From Heptranchias perlo (Eukaryota), in assembly GCF_035084215.1 (NCBI RefSeq), contig NC_090357.1:19096001-19160000 (forward strand): a DNA stretch of 64,000 nt, written 5' to 3'. Under the pieces are notes generated by a model. It ran no database searches. It was not told the origin of the DNA and saw nothing but the letters and a program-made list of their open reading frames with translations. This document shows positions 1-11,734 of the stretch, piece after piece; positions within the stretch are counted from its first letter, which is position 1; every line of letters starts with the position of its first letter. A program made the translations under genes and the position numbers.

Positions 1-27
1 GCAACACAGTCTCAACAAGCGGGAAAC
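1..27 (-). CDS. IgSF receptor paralog (gene B), start of exon 2 (probable V domain); runs off the window edge
   Basis: Acceptor ATTTTATTCCATCAG|G is identical to the acceptor of the gene A V exon (23686-23700). Phase-1 join gives G-FPLVETVL, aligning with G-VPHLGKVTQ. Confidence 0.8.
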
Positions 28-267
28 CTGATGGAATAAAATAAGTTTGTCATTTTCAGTTTGGGTCCAGTTAGTAATTCTTTTAACATAAATGGGAAAC
101 GTCAAAAACTAAATTTAAACAATGCTGAATTTTAAATATTGTTTCTATTGGATCTGATATAAATAACTGTTAAAATATTTGTATTCTTTTCCAGCTTTAA
201 TTCTAAACTATGTGACAGTTTGAGATCTGATATTCTGCAGTAATGTTCTTTTACTATGTTGAATTTG

Positions 268-412
268 GAGATGCCGGTGATGGACTGGGGTTGACAATTG
301 TAAACAATTTTACAACACCAAGTTATAGTCCAGCAATTTTATTTTATTTTTAGCTTGTGAATTTAAAATAAAATTGCTGGACTATAACTTGGTGTTGTAA
401 AATTGTTTACAA
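268..412. mobile_element. Penelope-like element, short palindromic insertion (family A) in intron 1 of gene B
   Basis: Inverted arms about 297-343 / 366-413, tail GGAGATGCCGGTGATGGACTGGGG on the left only, TSD TATGTTGAATTTG at 255-267 and 413-425. Confidence 0.85.
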
Positions 413-847
413 TATGTTGAATTTGTTGTTTTCTATATAAACCGTCCCAGACTGATCAGGATGTTGCCACAAGATCTTGTTTCCAGTTCTGTGAACTCGA
501 TGGTATCATTGAGCACTGTTCAATGAATGACCCACTTTTACTCAAGCTCCACACAACTTTAAATAATCCGACCCTTGTCGCAGTGTAAAGATTCACAATC
601 AATAAATACTCAAATTATTACCTCAACCTAAATGTAAGTTATGGAGAGGAGACTGAACCCAACCAACGTGATGTGGGGCTTTGAACAATAATCTTAAAGT
701 GTCCAAATGACACGGCTCTTTCTAACTTAGACTCTCTCTGCAGTTACACAGTCACAGAAAAATGCTGAAGTATTTTAAAAGGGGAATAGGATGCCTCTAA
801 AATCCATATCCTAGCTCTACGTTAATTTACCGATCAGAGTGACTTAC

Positions 848-896
848 CTCGAACTCCTGTTTGTAAAATCAAAAACAGCTTCAGCAAGAGTTGCAT
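848..896 (-). CDS. IgSF receptor paralog (gene B), leader exon MQLLLKLFLILQTGVR(G)
   Basis: ATG at 896, hydrophobic signal peptide, 49 nt (phase 1), consensus donor AG|GTAAGT. Confidence 0.8.
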
Positions 897-1942
897 ATTT
901 CACTGTTTCTGAACTTTCCTAAAGCTGTTTAAACTCTTGACTTGTAACCAGTTACCGTGTTGCTCCCGTCGTATTTTAGACATACGTGCGGGTGCTCCGC
1001 CCAGTAAATAATCCGCATTTCACCCCCGGACCGGCATAAACTGCGAAATGCCATGAGTTTTGCCACAGTAAGGGAGGAAGTTACGTGGGAAGCGAAGAAA
1101 GGTTTTTTTTCTGAGTAATGGTTCAGCCGAGTTCTACCAGATGACGAGGATCCGTGTGAAGAAAGTTAAGATCTGACAGTGTCTGTCAAATAAATCGGAA
1201 TCCCACCACAGTATGCAAGATAGTTTCTGCTTCATGGAAACTGTATATCTGACCTGGAGTTCTGAATGCTACTTGGAATGACTTCGCTGCCACATTATCA
1301 CTTCAATTAGAATGCTGTGGACGTGCTACGAGTTTTACAACCACGGGTTTTTATTGCTTCAAATGATTATTTATTCCAGTTGATATTTTCTACCTGTAAA
1401 TACTTTTACAGAACAAATTCCTCACTTCCTAGAATTGCATCAGTTAAATTGATCAGAAGAATGTGTTTCTTTCTTTGCTGAAGTTACAAATACATGACAC
1501 TCCCCTGCCCAAGCAAAGCACAAAGGCTGCAGTGATCCTGCAGATAACAGTCTGCAGATTGGAGTTATACCACCTCAGTGCACCCCTCCAGCTCTTAGTA
1601 AAGAAAGAACTTGCATTTATATTGTGCCTTTCATGACCTCAGGACATCCCAAAGCGTTTTACAGCCAATAAAGTACTTTTGAAGTGTAGTCACTGTTGTA
1701 ATGTAGGAAATGCAGCTGCCAATTTGTGCACAGTAAAGTCCCACAAACAGCAACGTGATAATGACCAGATAATCTGTTTTTTTGGGGTGTTGGTTGAGGG
1801 ATAAATAATGTCCAGTGCACCTGGGTGAACACCCCTGATCTTCAAATAATGATGTGGAGATGCTGGTGATGGACTGGGGTGGACAAATGTAAGGAATCTT
1901 ACAACACCAGGTTATAGTCCAACAATTTTATTTTTTTTTAAA

Positions 1943-1980
1943 CCACAAGCTTTCGGAGATTATCCCCTTCGTCAGGTGAA
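1943..1980 (-). ncRNA. Minimal type I hammerhead ribozyme
   Basis: TTCAC-CTGACGA-A-GGGGA/TAA/TCTCC-GAAA-GC-TT-GTG on the minus strand. Confidence 0.8.
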
Positions 1981-2397
1981 TGAGTGAAAGATTCTCAAAT
2001 CGCATATCTTATATTAGGCTGGGACAGCATCACACCAATCAAAAGGTGTCGTTGTTGTTCAAACAGGCCAGTCGCGGAGAACAGCACGTCCCAGTACACT
2101 GGATATACATTGTGTCAATTACAGACAGAAAGAAAGAGACCCAAATGGCAGAGAGAGAGAGAATATTAAAACACATAACTTTTTTTTATGTTATGTGTTT
2201 TAATATTCTCTCTCTCTCTCTCTCTGCCATTTGGGTCTCTTTCTTTCTGTCTGTGTAATTGACACAATATATATCCAGTGTACTGGGTCGTGCTGTTCTC
2301 CGTGACTGGCCTGTTTGAACAACAACGACACCTTTTGATTGGTGTGATGCTGTCCCAGCCTAATATAAGATATGCGATTTGAGAACCTTTTCACTCA

Positions 2398-2436
2398 TTC
2401 ACCTGACGAAGGGGATAATCTCCGAAAGCTTGTGAT
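2398..2436 (+). ncRNA. Minimal type I hammerhead ribozyme
   Basis: Stem I TCAC/GTGA, core CTGACGA (2403-2409), stem II GGGGA-TAA-TCTCC, GAAA (2424-2427), palindromic AAGCTT stem III. Confidence 0.82.
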
Positions 2437-4269
2437 TTAAAAAAAATAAAATTGTTGGACTATAACCTGGTGTTGTAAGATTCCTTACACTTCTTCAAAT
2501 AATGCATGGGATCTCTTAGGTGCACCTGAGAGTGCAGAATGGGGTTCAGTTTAACGTCTCATCTGAAAGATGGCAGCTCCATCAGTGCAGTACTACCTCA
2601 GTATTGCACCGAAGTGTCAGCCTAGATTATGTGCATTATGAGTGTAACTTGAACCATGACCTACTGACTCAGGGGTGAGAGTGCTTCCAACTAAGCCATG
2701 GCTGACCCAAAAAACAGCTCAGTGCTTCGATGCATGTTGAGTGCCCCACTCTCTGGTGGTTAGTTTTGACTGTTATCAGGGGTGGTTGGGAGTATCTTCT
2801 TCCTCATAACAATAAAAAGACTCCATACAAAATTTTCACATTGTCCATTGGATGGAATTGCACTTTTAAAATGTGGCTTCTCACCATGTAGTTTGTGTGC
2901 ATTCAAACCATGTGAGATGGCTTTCTGGTCATACTTTCACACCACTTGCCTTTAGTGCGTTCCAGGGTCAGATTGTGAGCTGACCCCTTACTTACACTGC
3001 CACATTGATATCAATGCATATCTGAAACTGCTTTAAATTGGCACAAAGTCAAAGTATAACTGTAGCGTAATGGCACTGTCGGCTTTATCCCTGTGTTAAC
3101 AACCAGTGCTCCACCTTGTGCACAACTTTAATATAACATTGTTAGTTTGCTGATGAATTGGTGCAGCTCACTTGTAATGTCCCCTGTGGTAAAATAGCCA
3201 ATTGGCACTCACTGTCTGGGCTCAATGTAGAATAATGGCTACGTGGGCACAGGCTAAAGTATTCTGGCAAGGAAGCAATGCTTTCAGATAAAGTGGGGAG
3301 AAAATAATAAAAAAAATTCTGTTTTGGCAAAACAAGGGAATATCAAATAGGAATCTTATAAGAATCTGTTACTTTGTTGTAATAATCAAAGTGGACAATT
3401 TTCACCAGCTCCAGTGTGAACTGTGCCTCCTCCATATTTATTATGTGGGGTATAATTTTTATGCCAGTATTGTTTCATTTTAACATGATTTATTTAGTCA
3501 CTTGGTTAGACAGTTCCTTAAAAATACGATAGGTGAGTGAGCAGGAAAGTGGGAATAGATGAGGTGGCTGATGTGGAGGAAAACCTTGGCACAAACTTAG
3601 TTTCTCCCTTCACCTTGCAGACTTAAACCTTGCTTTATCAAATTGCCTAAATATGCTCCAGGTTTCTGCATTAAAGCCCTACAAATGTACTTAATTTACA
3701 TCATAGATTCACTCTGAGAGCAAAAGATTCTTAAAAGATTCAATCAGGTAGGGAATTCCGCTTTAACTATTAGGACTGTGTTCTGATCCTTGGTAAATCC
3801 AAAAACCACAATAACAGAACTGGGGTAGGAAACAATAGCAGACGAGAATACCAGACTAACACCATCAAACAGAGAAGTGGCACTGATCTGCACCATGTAC
3901 ATAACACCAACTAATGACTGGATCATTTATTTGGGGGCCACGCTGCTTCTTGTTACATTTACAACTTCTTTTCCTTTTTAAACAGGTACTTCCAGATCCC
4001 ACTCTTCCATCCATTAATTCTCAATAGATGAAGAGGTCTATCTGAATATTTGTAAATTATAGACATGAAATTCCCCTCGGCAGAAAAGTGGATTTTGAGC
4101 ACAGTTTTTTTTGTGGATTTTGTGCCATTCTGAATGTTCCACTGAACGTTTATGGTAGAAACTATTAACCAGTACCATTGAAAACTATCAGTTCAACCAA
4201 CTAAGAGGGCAGATTCAATCTGCTTTAGACTTCTGCCTTCCCGACAACATCATTGTGGTACAGCCTTTT

Positions 4270-6237
4270 GTCTAGAAGTATACGGGGCAAGATAAAGCAG
4301 AAAAAGAAAGCTTATGACTGTCACAGAAAACTAAATACTGCAGAAAGCCTAGAGGAGTATAGAATGTACAGGGATGATGTAAAAAAGAAAATAAGGAAAG
4401 CAAAGAAAGGGCATGAAAAAATATTAGTTAGTAAGTTTAAAGAAAACCCAAAGATGTTTTATCAGTACTTTAAGAACAAGAGGATAGCTAAGGAAAAGGT
4501 GGGACCTATCAGGGATGATAAGGGTAACTTGTGTGTAGAAGCAGAGGATGTGGGTAGGGTTTCAAATGAATATTTTGTCTCCGTATTCACAAAGGAAAGG
4601 GATGATCCGGACATAGTAGTTAAAGAGGAGAGGTGTGAAATATTGGATAAGGTAAACATAATGAGAGAGGATGTACTAGAGGGACTGGAATCCTTGAAAG
4701 TTGATAAGTCACCAGGGCCGAATGGATTGTTTCCTGGGCTATTGAAGGAAGCCAGGGAGGAAATAGCGGATGCTCTGAGGATCATTTTCCAATCCTCACT
4801 AGATACAGGGGAGGTACGGGAGGACTGGAAGACTGCAAATGTAGTACCATTGTTTAAAAAGGGTATGAGGGAAAGGCCGAACAATTATAGGCCGGTCAGT
4901 CTTACCTCGGTGGTGGGCAAACTATTAGAATCAATACTGAGAGATAGGATAAACTGTCACTTGGAAAGGCATGGTTTAATCAGGGATACTCAGCATGGAT
5001 TTGTTCAGGGAAGGTCATGCCTTACAAATCTGATTAAATTCTTTGAGGACGTGACAAGGAGGATTGATGAGGGTAGTGCAGTGGATGTTGTCTACATGGA
5101 TTTTAGTAAGGTATTTGACAAGGTCCCACATGGCAGACTGGTCAGAAAGGTAAAAGCCCATGGGATACAGGGAAATGTGGTGAATTGGATCCAAAATTGG
5201 CTTAGTAACAGGAAACAAAGGGTAAAAGTTGATGGATGTCTTTGCGAATGGAAATCCGTTTCCAGTGGTGTGCCACAGGGCTCAGTGTTGGGTCCCTTGC
5301 TGTTTGTGGTATATATTAATGATTTGGACTTGAATGTAGGGGGCATGATTGACAAATTTGCAGCTGACACAAAAATTGGTCGTGTAGTTGATGGTGAAGA
5401 GGATAGCTGTAGACTCCAAGAAGATATCAATGGGTTGGTGGAGTGAGCGGAAAAGTGGCAAATGGAGTTCAACCCGGAGAAGTGTGAGGTAATACACTTA
5501 GGGAGGGCAAACAGTAAAAGGGAATAAGCAGTAAACGGGAATATATTGAGAGGGGTAGAGGAAGTGAGAGACCTTGGAGTGCATGTGCAAAGGACCCTGA
5601 AGGTGGCAGTACAGGTAGATAAGGTTGTGAAGAAGGCATACGAATGCTCTCTGTTATTAGCCGAGGTATAGTATACAAAAGCAGGGATGTAATGATGGAA
5701 CTGTATAAAACGCTGGTAAGGCCACAGCTGGAGTATTGTGCGCAGTTCTGGTCACCACATTACAGGAAGGACGTAAAATTGCAGCTACGAGGAGAGATTG
5801 GATAGGCTGGGGTTGTTTTCCTTGGAGCAGAGGAGGCTGATGGGTGACTTGATTGAGGTGTACATAATTATGAGGGGTCCAGATAGAATAGGCAGGAAGT
5901 ATCTGTTTCCTCTAGCGGAGAGTTCAAGAACTAGAGGACATAGATTTCAGCTGATTGGCAGAAGGATTAGAGGGGACATGAGGAAAAACTTTTTTACCCA
6001 GAGGGTGGTGGGTGTATGGAATTTTCTGCCTGTATTGGTGGTCGAGGCAGGGACCCTCAGCTCTTTTAAAGAGTACCTGGACCTGCACCTAAAGTGCTGT
6101 AAGCTGCAGGGCTACGGACCAGGTGCTGGAAGGTGGGATTAGAATGGGCACCTGGTTGTTCTTTGAGCCGGCGCGGACACAATGGGGCGAATGGCCCCCT
6201 TCTGTGCTGTATCTTGTCTACGGTTCTACGGTTCTAA
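4270..6237 (+). mobile_element. CR1 LINE, 5'-truncated, disrupted ORF2 (RT)
   Basis: ORF 4253-5446 has RT motifs (KSPGP, NYRPVSLTS, GVPQGSVLGP, FAADTK); 3' (GGTTCTAC)n tail. Confidence 0.93.
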
Positions 6238-7370
6238 CCTTCCTTCACTGTGTTTAAGGAAATAAAAACATAAGTGTATGAAATCTTGAAGAGGAATTAT
6301 AAATGTTGAAGGCATAAAATTGGTGGTGCATTTCCAGGGAGGTTAGGGCCGTTACCCTGAAAAGTTTTGAATTCTCACATTAAAACGTTTGCATCCCTGT
6401 TAATTGTAAGCCCTTTTATACTTCACAATAGCTTGATTTTTTTCTCAGAAAGAAAAACAAAGTGACTTGGATTTACAACAGATCGAGCAGGCCTGCACTC
6501 TTTCATATCCAACCCTTCATCTCAGCTCATTTAGGCATTCTACTCACTTCAGATCTGTCATAAAAACATTGTACCCCATCCAACTCACCCTTTCACAGTG
6601 ACAATCTGTCCTTCTCCAATCCTCACAATTAATACTGACATTCTCTTCCTCCTCCAAGTCCCTCAGCTGAAGCTGGCACTCTCCCTAATCACTCCCTCTG
6701 AGTAATTTGTCCTTCCATCCACTCCCCCAGATGATGCTGTTACTCTCTTTCTCCCTGCTTCACTCTGGTACCAGCATTAACTGAGAGAGTAGGGAAAGGG
6801 CAGTGCCAGTGTTAACTAAAAGGGAGTGGAGAGGGAGAGTACCAGCTCGTACTCAATGCATCACTGCCGGTTTCTGCCCATTCCCCTTTCTTTCCTTCCT
6901 CCCTTTGCCTTCTATTTCTTGCTGCTCCTTTTACTCTCCCCCCTTCCCTTTCCCTTCAAGCCCATATCTACCTCAGCTCTGCTGCTACTTGAAGTGATGC
7001 CAGCCATTGTATACTGTCAACACAAATTCCTGTTTTCATGAGAATTCCTGTCCACCGCATGCAGAAGACAGAACCATTTCAATTAGCAGCCGTACTCGAG
7101 TAGGAACAACATTGAGGGGAGACAGGTCCAGTCCATGCTGATTCTTGTCTGCAGACAGGACTCTCAAAACAAGGAAGGTCAGCATGTATGATTTGCCCAG
7201 AATCATATTATAAACTGTATGACAAAAACAGAGTTTGACTAGTTACCCTGCATACAGATGAGGTACATTAATACAGTTGATCTGTAAGTGTTGCTCCAAC
7301 TGCTCTCCCACTTTTGCCATTATAAGTCAGTATATGCAGTTGCTGACCACTGTCCAATCTAGTTTTATTA

Positions 7371-8290
7371 GGAACATAGGAACAGGAGTAGGCCATTCAG
7401 CCCCTCGTGCCTGCTCCGCCATTTGATAAGATCATGGCTGATCTGTGATCTAGCTCCATATACCTGCCTTTGGCCCATATCCCTTAATACCTTTCGTTGC
7501 CAAAAAGCTATCTCTCTCACATTTAAATTTAGCAATTGAGCTAGTATCAATTGCCGTTTGTGGAAGAGAGTTCCAAACTTCTACCACCCTTTGTGTGCAG
7601 AAATGTTTTCTAATCTCACTCCTGAAAGGTCTGGCTCTAATTTTTAGACTGTGCCCCCTACTCCTAGAATCCCCAACCAGTGGAAATAGTTTCTCTCTAT
7701 CCACCCTATCTGTTCCCCTTAATATCTTACAAACTTCGATCAGATCACCCCTTAACCTTCGAAACCCTTGAAGTCCGGGTATCATTCTAGTAAACCGATG
7801 CTGCACTCCCTCCAAGGCCATGATGACCTTCCGAAGGTGCGGTGCCCAGAACTGCTCACAGTACTCCAGGTGCGGTCTAACCAGGGTTTTGTATAGCTGC
7901 AGCATAACTTCTGCCCCCTTGCACTCTAGTCCTCTAGATATAAAGGCCAGCATTCCATTAGCCTTATTGATTATTTTCTGCACCTGTTCATGACATTTCA
8001 ATGATCGATGTACCTGAACCCCTAAGTCCCTTTGGACATCCACTGTTTTTAACTTTTTACCATTTAGAAAGTACCCTGTTCTATCCTTTTTTGATCCAAA
8101 GTGGATGACCTCACATTTGTCTACATTGAATTCCATTTGCCACAGTTTTGCCCATTCACCTAATCTATCAATATTGCTCTGTAATTTTATGTTTTCATCT
8201 ACACTGCTTACAATGCCACCAATTTTTGTGTCATCGGCAAACTTAGATATGAGACTTTCTATGCCTTCATCTAAGTCGTTAATAAATATT
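7371..8290 (-). mobile_element. CR1 LINE 3' fragment with internal deletion
   Basis: ORF 7450-8136 (LVRPHLEYC, RLRGDLIE, FCTQRVVEVWNSLP), plus 3' stem-loop and tail. Confidence 0.92.
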
Positions 8291-8399
8291 GCCTCAATTA
8301 TTCACAATATTTATTAACGACTTAGCTGTCGTTATTAGCTGTCCACCTCCAGTTTATGTCAGGATTGTGCAGCACAATGTATAATCTCTCCATGGTCTT

Positions 8400-8705
8400 A
8401 ATGAGTAAATGTTAAGCATTACAGGCCAGGAAGGTCCAAAGTTCATTCTCCTGCATGTGCCATTGGCTGATGACATCAGCTTCCCTGTCCGAAAGAGAGG
8501 AAAGAATTAGCCAGGATTCCTGTTCCTGATGCATATGCATTGAGGTTAGAGTAAGGGTAAGGTCAGGCTCATTTATGGGGCCTGTTGAAAGGCCTCTCGC
8601 CATTCTCACATGATAAATGACCAATTGGTAGAGATACTGAAAGGTTGCCAGTGGCCGTGTAACAGCATCTCAGCATGAGTTGGTGCTTTCAGCAGCAGGA
8701 GAAAA
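8400..8705 (-). mobile_element. Degenerate SINE-like repeat
   Basis: Resembles a decayed tRNA-derived SINE; recognised by eye only. Confidence 0.35.
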
Positions 8706-9970
8706 TTGTAATCATACAGATGTGTGAAGGCTTTATTTCTTGTTTTGCAATTCCACATTGATTAAAAAAAACTTCCCTTATGAGCAGGCATTGAACATTT
8801 TATTACACTTCAACTTCTATTATCAAGCACAAATGCTTATGAAGAGCAAGTAGAAATGAATTGTTAGCTTGTGTCATTTGAATTATCAATAAAATAATGA
8901 AAACGAAAGTTATTTTAACAATATGATGCATTTTAAATGAAATCTTGAGATTTGTTGCGTAAAGATGGAAGGGCAGAGGAATTTACCATGTTGTCAGTCA
9001 CACTACTGATCGAAGATCACTCAGTAAATATTGGAGCATTGTGACTTTCAACAGTGTTCAATCATTTCTTCCATTGTAGAGGGTGAAAGTAAGAAAGTAA
9101 AAACAAGGAACCAGTCACCATTTTAAAGTATTTTTGTTCATACTTTTTTTTTCCCCATAACAGTTTTTTTGGACAATGCAGAGTAAGCTTCAAATGTTTG
9201 ATGATGACACTCTATTAGAAAGAGCAATGTAGCTTTTCATGTAAGACATTGTCGCAGTGAAAATAGTCAGCTCCTAAAATATAAAATTGAAGACTGTTTA
9301 GTTTGTAGAAATTAAGCAAAAATTATTTTAATAGCAAAGAAAACCAGAACAGAAAAAATATACAATAGGCCTGACATTCTGGGGCCAGTGAGGGTAGAAT
9401 TATAGTCTTTTTTGTACCCAAGTTTCTCTCATTCTCTGGTAATAAATATTATATGATCGTTTACTCTTCTTTCAGCAGATTTGCACCCACATTTTTCCTG
9501 TTATGATTGATGAATTTGTACTTCATTTAGCACTAGATATGGACACCACATTATCTAAATTCACAAGTCTCTGGTATGCATTTTCCTGCTGGTTAGGTTT
9601 GTATTGTGAGATAGTTTCACAAACAAGCAGAGAGGAACAAAATGGCTACCACCACTCCCTTGACCAACTCTACTTCCTCGAATTAGACCTTCCTCCTGGT
9701 TATTAACTAAATGGTAATTTAAACAATTCTGCACATATACACAAATACACTCACATGTCTTCAATAAAGCAATCTAACAGAAAGTTATATAACAATGAAC
9801 AACAGACTGATGCTCCACAGAGCAATTCATTTACTGAGGCATATTTCTAAAAGACAACAATGATTACATTAGGTGCGAAAGTTGCATTATTTTACCATTA
9901 CTGATTGAAAGGAAAATATCAATATCTTATAGCTTCTTGGAGACTTAAGCTTAATATTCTTACCTGTTAC

Positions 9971-10065
9971 TCAGCAATTAACCAAGCAGCTCAGTGTGGT
10001 TAGAATAAAAATGAATGCAGCAACAGCAATGAATCTTATAACAAAAATCCAAATCAAAGTGGAAT
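9971..10065 (-). CDS. IgSF receptor gene A, exon 5: transmembrane with Arg, stop, no cytoplasmic tail
   Basis: Acceptor CTTCTTGCAG, phase 1, translates (D)STLIWIFVIRFIAVAAFIFILTTLSCLVNC*. A donor AG|GTAAG follows 7 nt after the stop. Confidence 0.8.
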
Positions 10066-10341
10066 CTGCAAGAAGTTTGTGAAAGATCAGTTTGACATTT
10101 TTAAACAAAGAACCTTTAGCAAGTTTTAAAAAACAATACCAAGACTAAAGATCCCATCACTCCATTACACGCCACACCAAAAATATTCAAACTGGTGGAC
10201 AGAAACACCTCATTTCAATCTATCCTTACAAACTTCTGATCGACAGAAGTGAGGCAACCAAGATTTTTAAAAACCCAGTTGTTGTAGTTCAGGCTTCTTC
10301 CCCTCAGACTCCATCCGTGCTCACAACAACATGCAGTTTCT

Positions 10342-11042
10342 ACAATAAAAACAGAAAATGCTGGAGAAACTCAGCAGTTCAGGTGACATCGGTGGAGAGA
10401 GAAACGGACTTAACGTTTCAGATTGATGGCCTTTCATCACAACTGGAGGAAGTTGGAGATTTAACGGTTTATAAGCAAGTACAGAGCCAGGAAAAAAAAG
10501 CGGTGGGGGGTTCCATCCCACTCCCACTCTGATCTTTCTATCCTTGGCCTCCTACACTGTTCCAATTAAGCTCATCGCAAACTCAAGGAACAGCACCTCA
10601 TCTTTCCATTAGGCACTTTACAACCTTCCAGCCTTAACATTGAATTTAACACTAGATCTGAACCATTGCTCCCATTTTCTTGGACAGCAGGTGCTGGTTA
10701 TAGTACTGCTCTAACCATTTACATCTCCTCCGGGCCCATCTTTTGTTTCTTTATTGTCCCATTATCACCCCTTTTGCCTCACACCATCAACCCTTTTGTC
10801 ATTTCATCACTCCTGCCCTCCACCCAAACAGAGACCATCTCTTTTGTTTTTTCCACCCCCACCACCCCTATGTTCTGTACTTGCTTATAAATGTTAAATC
10901 TCTAACGTCTTCCAGTTCTGATGAAAGGTCATCGACCTGTAATGTTAACCCTGTTTCTCTCTCTACAGATACTGCCTGACCTGCTGAGTATTTTCTGCTT
11001 TTATTTCAGATTTCCAGCATCCACAGTATTTTGTTTTTGAGA
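10342..11042. mobile_element. Older Penelope-like element (family B), inverted structure, GIY-YIG C-terminal remnant
   Basis: About 10343-10460 is the reverse complement of about 10895-11005. 10545-10650 translates LGLLHCSN*AHRKLKEQHLIFPLGTLQPSSLNIEFN. Degenerate hammerhead CTGATGA-AAGGTCATCGACCT-G(T)AA at about 10918-10945. Confidence 0.8.
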
Positions 11043-11734
11043 CAGTTTCTGTAGGCTGTCCAAAATCTTGTGTCTGGGCTAGTACCTACCCTTTTACTGA
11101 GCTATCTCATACCGAAAGGTGCATGGAATGCCACCATGCACTCTTGGCCCCTTTGAAACATGAAAAAATCACGCTGTCAGGCCATATAATTCACACTAAA
11201 ATCAAATTTATTATAAGAAAAAAATTCACACAGAAGCAAAGCAAATTAATTCAGCTGAACAACATAAGAATTTCCTGACTTGAAAATAATAAAGCTCACT
11301 AGAATCTGCAAGTGTCTGTCCAGACTCTTAAAACAAAGTCCTTTGATGATCTTTTACACAAGACACCCACAGAATGGAGTCTCGTTATTGTAACACAGAA
11401 ATACAATTTCTGATATAAACAGCCAAAGGCTGCTCTTTGGATATACCCTTCACTTCACATGAAGAAGAGCCTAGCACCTTTTATGCTCCCGGTTCTTTCT
11501 CAACAGGCCAGTAACTATAATATTAATATTTCTATCATCTGAATAGATCATGATATGGATAGAAGGCCCATCACTGTCTGGGCAGATGTTTACAGGCTTG
11601 AAACAAGGTTTCTTGGAATTTCTGTCTGGCAAGTGTGACAATCACAGACAATGATCTCCATTCTTCTCACAGTAGTAAATATGCTGACAGTATAATTTCA
11701 TAAACTAGAGACATTAACCACTAATCTTAACCTG

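Larger units (their letters stand above)
1852..2491. mobile_element. Penelope-like palindromic insertion (family A), about 300-bp arms
   Basis: Near-perfect inverted arms 1888-2179 / 2190-2489, tail on the left, TSD TCTTCAAATAATG at 1839-1851 and 2492-2504. Confidence 0.92.
1600..2710 (-). mobile_element. tRNA-derived Deu-domain-type SINE interrupted by a Penelope-like insertion
   Basis: Deu-like core GTTTAACGTCTCATCTGAAAGATGGCAGCTCC..CAGTGCAG and an L2-type 3' tail (AACTTGCATTTATA). Family recognised from memory. Confidence 0.7.

Noticed and set aside
1980-2394. Mirror-image short ORFs on both strands
   Set aside because: Produced by the palindromic Penelope 3' UTR; not coding.
3744-3926. 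Hydrophobic 60-aa ORF as an extra exon
   Set aside because: No supporting splice context or recognisable domain.
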